The notes beneath the pieces are model-generated. The model made no database searches and was not told the origin of the DNA. It was given only the letters and a program-made list of their open reading frames with translations. The position numbers and the translations under genes are program-made. From Candidatus Obscuribacterales bacterium (GTDB lineage Bacteria > Cyanobacteriota > Vampirovibrionia > Obscuribacterales > Obscuribacteraceae), in assembly GCA_965228855.1 (NCBI GenBank), contig CBDDIJ010000003.1, positions 192,001 to 256,000 of the forward strand: 64,000 nucleotides of DNA, in the 5' to 3' direction. Shown here one piece after another: positions 60,360-64,000 of this stretch (the stretch's first letter is position 1; every line of letters begins with the position of its first letter).

Positions 60360-60758
60360 TTACTTTGATGCTTTCTGCGGTGGTGGCACCCGGTGTTTAA
60401 CGGCTTGTTCCAATAGCTTCCGCAGCGCCGGTCGGTTTATGTCGTCGACTGATTTTATTTTGACGTGACGAAAGAGTTTACCCGTGCCTTCGAGCAGACC
60501 ATCGGGGTCTTGCAACTCGGCACCATAGTTGAAGCCGAGATTAACGTGAGCTTTGCAGGGCTGAATCCAGGCAAAATGTTCTGTCATTTTTTTAGGACCC
60601 GTGCCCAGACCAGCAATTTTCTGTTGCTCCCAGATCACTTCGACTGTTTCCGGCAATACATCGAAAACCAGCGTGCGAGTTGCTGTCGCCAGTTCACCGA
60701 TCTTTGGACTGAAGTCTCCGAGAATCCCTTTGAAATCGCTGCTCATACTCAACCTCAC
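60360..60758 (-). CDS. DUF1801 (YdhG-like) protein
   Basis: HVNLGFNYGAELQDPDGLLEGTGKLFRHVKI. Confidence 0.85.
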   Translation of the reverse strand: MRLSMSSDFKGILGDFSPKIGELATATRTLVFDVLPETVEVIWEQQKIAGLGTGPKKMTEHFAWIQPCKAHVNLGFNYGAELQDPDGLLEGTGKLFRHVKIKSVDDINRPALRKLLEQAVKHRVPPPQKASK

Positions 60759-60837
60759 TTGAATCGCTAAGGCGTGAGTTCAGGGTATCAAGACAAACGA
60801 CCGGAGGCAATGCGATGTTTAGATAAGAATCATGAAT

Positions 60838-61884
60838 TTACAACGTCTGACGCTTCCTGAAAAGATAGTGGCAAACCATCCATTCTTTGCCGTCCTTGTA
60901 TCCCCAGAGTTCTGCGCAGGCGAGAAAGAAAAGTTTCCAGTAAACCCACCACTTTCTGACTTCGCCCTCGCCATAAGTTTTTGCAAGGATCGGTTCGATG
61001 TTTCCGCGATTGTCTTTCATGTTCATGAGCCAGTGTTCTGCAGTCTTTTGATAATGGACACCGGAAACTTCCCATTTCTCCTCGCACATCAAATCGTCCT
61101 GGAAGTGCATCGGCAAATTATTGGATGGCATCATGCCACCCTCGAAGAAGTGCTCTGTGAGCCAATCATTGCCATCCAGGTTTTCATAATGATATGGATA
61201 AAACCGATGCGTGAATATGTGCATGAAAAACAATCCACCAGGTTTGAGCCAAGTATCGATTCGCTTGAACATCTCCGCATAATTTTTTAAATGCTCGAAC
61301 ATTTCAACGGATACAACTCGATCGACTTTTCCATCGAAATGGAAATCGATCATGTTGGCGGTCACCACGGTGAGGTTTGAGAGAGAGCGTTTCTGCGCCT
61401 CATTATCGATATACTGCTTTTGGGTTGCGGAATTCGATACTGCTGTTATCTTTGACTGCGGGTAGTTTTCCGCCATCCAGAGAGAGAGTGAGCCCCAACC
61501 GCAACCAAGTTCCAGTATCGAGTCGCCATTCTTTATGCGCGCTCGTTCGCAAGTCAATTTGAGCATGCGTTCTTCCGCGACTTTCAGACTGTCGTCGCCA
61601 TCTTCCCATAACGCGCAGCTGTACTTCATGTTAGGACCGAGAACGAATCGGAAGAACTCAGTAGGCACCTCATAGTGTTGCTCGTTGGCGGCGTCTGTTT
61701 TAATCGCAACTGACCGAGTTCTCAAATCCTGGCAAAACTCGTCTTCTCTTCGTTGACGCTCTACCGGATCTTCAACGTGAAGCTCGCTCAATTTGTCGGA
61801 AAGCATCTTTTGAATACCAACTCTGATGAGCGTTTCCGGCACGTAATCTGTTTCGAGAATCTTGTAAATTGTTTGCATATTCAT
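60838..61884 (-). CDS. SAM-dependent methyltransferase, cyclopropane-fatty-acyl-phospholipid synthase-like
   Basis: ANEQHYEVP, MKYSC, ILELGCGWGS, VSVEMFEH, FFLACAELWG. Confidence 0.9.
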   Translation of the reverse strand: MNMQTIYKILETDYVPETLIRVGIQKMLSDKLSELHVEDPVERQRREDEFCQDLRTRSVAIKTDAANEQHYEVPTEFFRFVLGPNMKYSCALWEDGDDSLKVAEERMLKLTCERARIKNGDSILELGCGWGSLSLWMAENYPQSKITAVSNSATQKQYIDNEAQKRSLSNLTVVTANMIDFHFDGKVDRVVSVEMFEHLKNYAEMFKRIDTWLKPGGLFFMHIFTHRFYPYHYENLDGNDWLTEHFFEGGMMPSNNLPMHFQDDLMCEEKWEVSGVHYQKTAEHWLMNMKDNRGNIEPILAKTYGEGEVRKWWVYWKLFFLACAELWGYKDGKEWMVCHYLFRKRQTL

Positions 61885-62670
61885 TTAAACGTTTTCTTTG
61901 GGAAACCACGGGAAAAACTCGCTGGTAGTTTTTTGATACCGCGCGAAAGCCGCTCCTCTATGTTCAAGCGAAAGTTTTTCCGCTTGTGGAACTCCGGTCA
62001 CTCTGGTGAGAAGCACATACATAATGACCGGGGCGTAGACCATGAAAACGCCCATATTGCTCGGGATGCAGAGGATAAACAATGCGCACCAGATCAACCA
62101 CTCGAAAAAATAATTCGGGTGGCGGCTGTACTTCCAGAGCCCGGTTTTACAGACGCAATCTGTTTTTCTCTTCTTAAACCTTTCCAGCTGTGCGTCAGCA
62201 ATCGACTCACCGATCAGGGCAATCGCGAAGAGCACCACAGCTGATATCGTATATGGCATTGAAATAGCGCGTTCATCCGCTGAAAAGCACAACACTGGTC
62301 CCATCAGTATCAAAACAGAAACACCTTGAAGCAGGTACATCAGGAAAATCTTGAGGTCGAAGTCTTTTTTCCATGCGGCTCTGAGTTGCTCGTAGCGAGG
62401 ATCGTCTTTCTTTGATTTAAAGAATCTAGCTGCTAAATGTAACGTGAGTCGTAGACTCCAGATGCCAACCATCGCGAGAATGATTACTGAGCGTTCCAGA
62501 CTCGGTTTCAAAATAACGACCGCCGCAATAGTTTGAATGAAAAAACTCAAAGACCAGAATATGTCGATGACGCCGATCATTTTTGTTTTCTGGAATAGCC
62601 CAAATGCAATCACCATCACAATTAATTCGATGACCGGTGCAGCAATCAGATAATCCAGAAGTGGTCTCAT
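61885..62670 (-). CDS. DUF1295 (steroid 5-alpha reductase-like) membrane protein
   Basis: DIFWS, WSLRL, DDPRY, ESIADAQL, GLWKYSRHPNYFFEW. Confidence 0.9.
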   Translation of the reverse strand: MRPLLDYLIAAPVIELIVMVIAFGLFQKTKMIGVIDIFWSLSFFIQTIAAVVILKPSLERSVIILAMVGIWSLRLTLHLAARFFKSKKDDPRYEQLRAAWKKDFDLKIFLMYLLQGVSVLILMGPVLCFSADERAISMPYTISAVVLFAIALIGESIADAQLERFKKRKTDCVCKTGLWKYSRHPNYFFEWLIWCALFILCIPSNMGVFMVYAPVIMYVLLTRVTGVPQAEKLSLEHRGAAFARYQKTTSEFFPWFPKENV

Positions 62671-62999
62671 GCCTTACTCCTCAAAAGTAAGTCGCGCACG
62701 GTGTCGCCCGATTTAAGCGAGAGGAGCTGCTTTAAAACATAAATCGACATCGCAATATTTCCGAGCAGCATAATGAGGACGAACCACAGAATTCGCGCAA
62801 TTACGCTCGACTCTTTGTAGTACACCCAACAATAGAATGTGATGAAACCGCAATACGCATCCGCGAGCGTCGCAGTGAACCAGGGATGACCTGTCACCTC
62901 TGGCGGTATCGCAAAGATGTTGCATTGAGATTGGGCGAAGATGGTGAAAGTCAACATCGCCAGTAGTATCAGAGCAAAGGTAACTTTGAGTATCAACAT
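62667..62999 (-). CDS. DUF1475 membrane protein
   Basis: PWFTATLADAYCGFITFYCWVYYKE...LGNIA; ATG at 62999 follows the cfa stop. Confidence 0.8.
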   Translation of the reverse strand: MLILKVTFALILLAMLTFTIFAQSQCNIFAIPPEVTGHPWFTATLADAYCGFITFYCWVYYKESSVIARILWFVLIMLLGNIAMSIYVLKQLLSLKSGDTVRDLLLRSKA

Positions 63000-63000
63000 A

Positions 63001-64000
63001 TCAGAGCTTCCCTGCGAGGACCTCGTTGTTTGGTCTGGCGAATACAACCTGGACAACGCTTATCTGTCTGGTTGCGAATGCAGCCTCGCAGTAGCAGAAG
63101 TAATAGATCCATTTGCGAATGAATCTGTCGTCGAAACCAAGACCTCTTATAGCATCAAGGTTGGCTAAGAAGTTATTTCTCCACGAGCTCAGTGTCCACG
63201 CGTATGAGGCGGCGAAGTCGTGCAGGTCAACGAGGTGAAGAGTTGAGCATTTGTTTAGAGCCTTTAAAACGCGCTCTACTGATAGCAGCTGCGAACCAGG
63301 AAAGATATGCTTTTGTATGAAATCAACTCCGTTCTTCAGAACGTCGTATCGGCAATCCGGCGTGGTGATCATTTGAATTGCCAGGATTCCGTTCGGTTCT
63401 AGCAGTTGATTGCAGCAGTCAAAGAAGATGTCTACTTTTGAGTCTCCAAGCGCCTCTACCATTTCGATGGAAACAATCTTGGAGTATTTCCCTTTTACAT
63501 TCCTGAAGTCGCAAATCTCGACTGTAATTAAATGTTCGAGTTTCTCTCGACGTACCAGATCTGTAACAAAGGCGAACTGCTGATCCGATAGCGTCACGCA
63601 TCGCATTTTGCAACCATAGTTCTTCGCTGCATGAACTGCGAAGAAACCCCACCCGCAGCCGATTTCGAGCACTTCATCATCGGCGATCAATTGGAGCTTC
63701 TGGCACAGGCGCTCCACTTTTCGTCTCTGGGCTTCAGCAAGCGTTTCTTGTCGATTTTCAAAAATTGCACTGGAGTAAGTCATCGTCTCGTCCAGAATTA
63801 GATTGAAAAAGTCATTACCGAGATCGTAGTGTTCTTCTATATTCTTTTTGCTCATCTTGAGCGTGTTGTCTCGGAGAATGTGCCCGACGCGATTCAGCAT
63901 GAGGAGCGGGTTAATGAAAAGCGATTTGTTTTTTGATTCCTCGAGAACGGTAGAGTTCGTATTGTTGTCGATAAACCACTCAATCACATTGGTGAGATTA
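63001..64000 (-). CDS. cfa: Cyclopropane-fatty-acyl-phospholipid synthase family methyltransferase (5' end outside the window)
   Basis: NIEEHYDLGNDFF, TMTYSSA, VLEIGCGWG, VSIEMVEA, FIQKHIFPG, YFCYCEAAF; frame open to the window end. Confidence 0.9.
   Translation of the reverse strand, partial: NLTNVIEWFIDNNTNSTVLEESKNKSLFINPLLMLNRVGHILRDNTLKMSKKNIEEHYDLGNDFFNLILDETMTYSSAIFENRQETLAEAQRRKVERLCQKLQLIADDEVLEIGCGWGFFAVHAAKNYGCKMRCVTLSDQQFAFVTDLVRREKLEHLITVEICDFRNVKGKYSKIVSIEMVEALGDSKVDIFFDCCNQLLEPNGILAIQMITTPDCRYDVLKNGVDFIQKHIFPGSQLLSVERVLKALNKCSTLHLVDLHDFAASYAWTLSSWRNNFLANLDAIRGLGFDDRFIRKWIYYFCYCEAAFATRQISVVQVVFARPNNEVLAGKL

Overview
Bacterial chromosomal window. The many eukaryote-type Ser/Thr kinases, TPR and LRR proteins and a cyanobacterial-type single-RRM protein suggest Vampirovibrionia/Ca. 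Obscuribacterales (inference only). Bases 1-42000 are mostly housekeeping and signalling genes: GshB-like ATP-grasp ligase, TPR-matrixin, four kinases, transporters, a VIT protein, recQ, panE, corA and glpD. A tRNA-Thr(CGT) at 42114-42185 anchors a ~9 kb integrated island. Its right end is marked by an 18-bp copy of the tRNA anticodon arm (51040-51057), and TGGGCCCCT motifs recur near both ends. The island holds an IS481 remnant, two microsatellites around a hairpin, and a type II Hachiman-like anti-phage operon (DUF3223, HamA, HamB) extended by a tightly linked Cys-rich small gene. It also holds a stand-alone HEPN-like (RxxxxH) gene, a ~150-nt rod-like palindrome and a broken tyrosine integrase. 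To its right are a candidate polymorphic toxin/immunity pair with a lethal-factor-like HEXXH tip, a hipBA module with an H-to-Y change in the catalytic loop, and part of a cfa/DUF1475/DUF1295 lipid-modification operon. All family calls come from motif recognition by eye; no searches were run.
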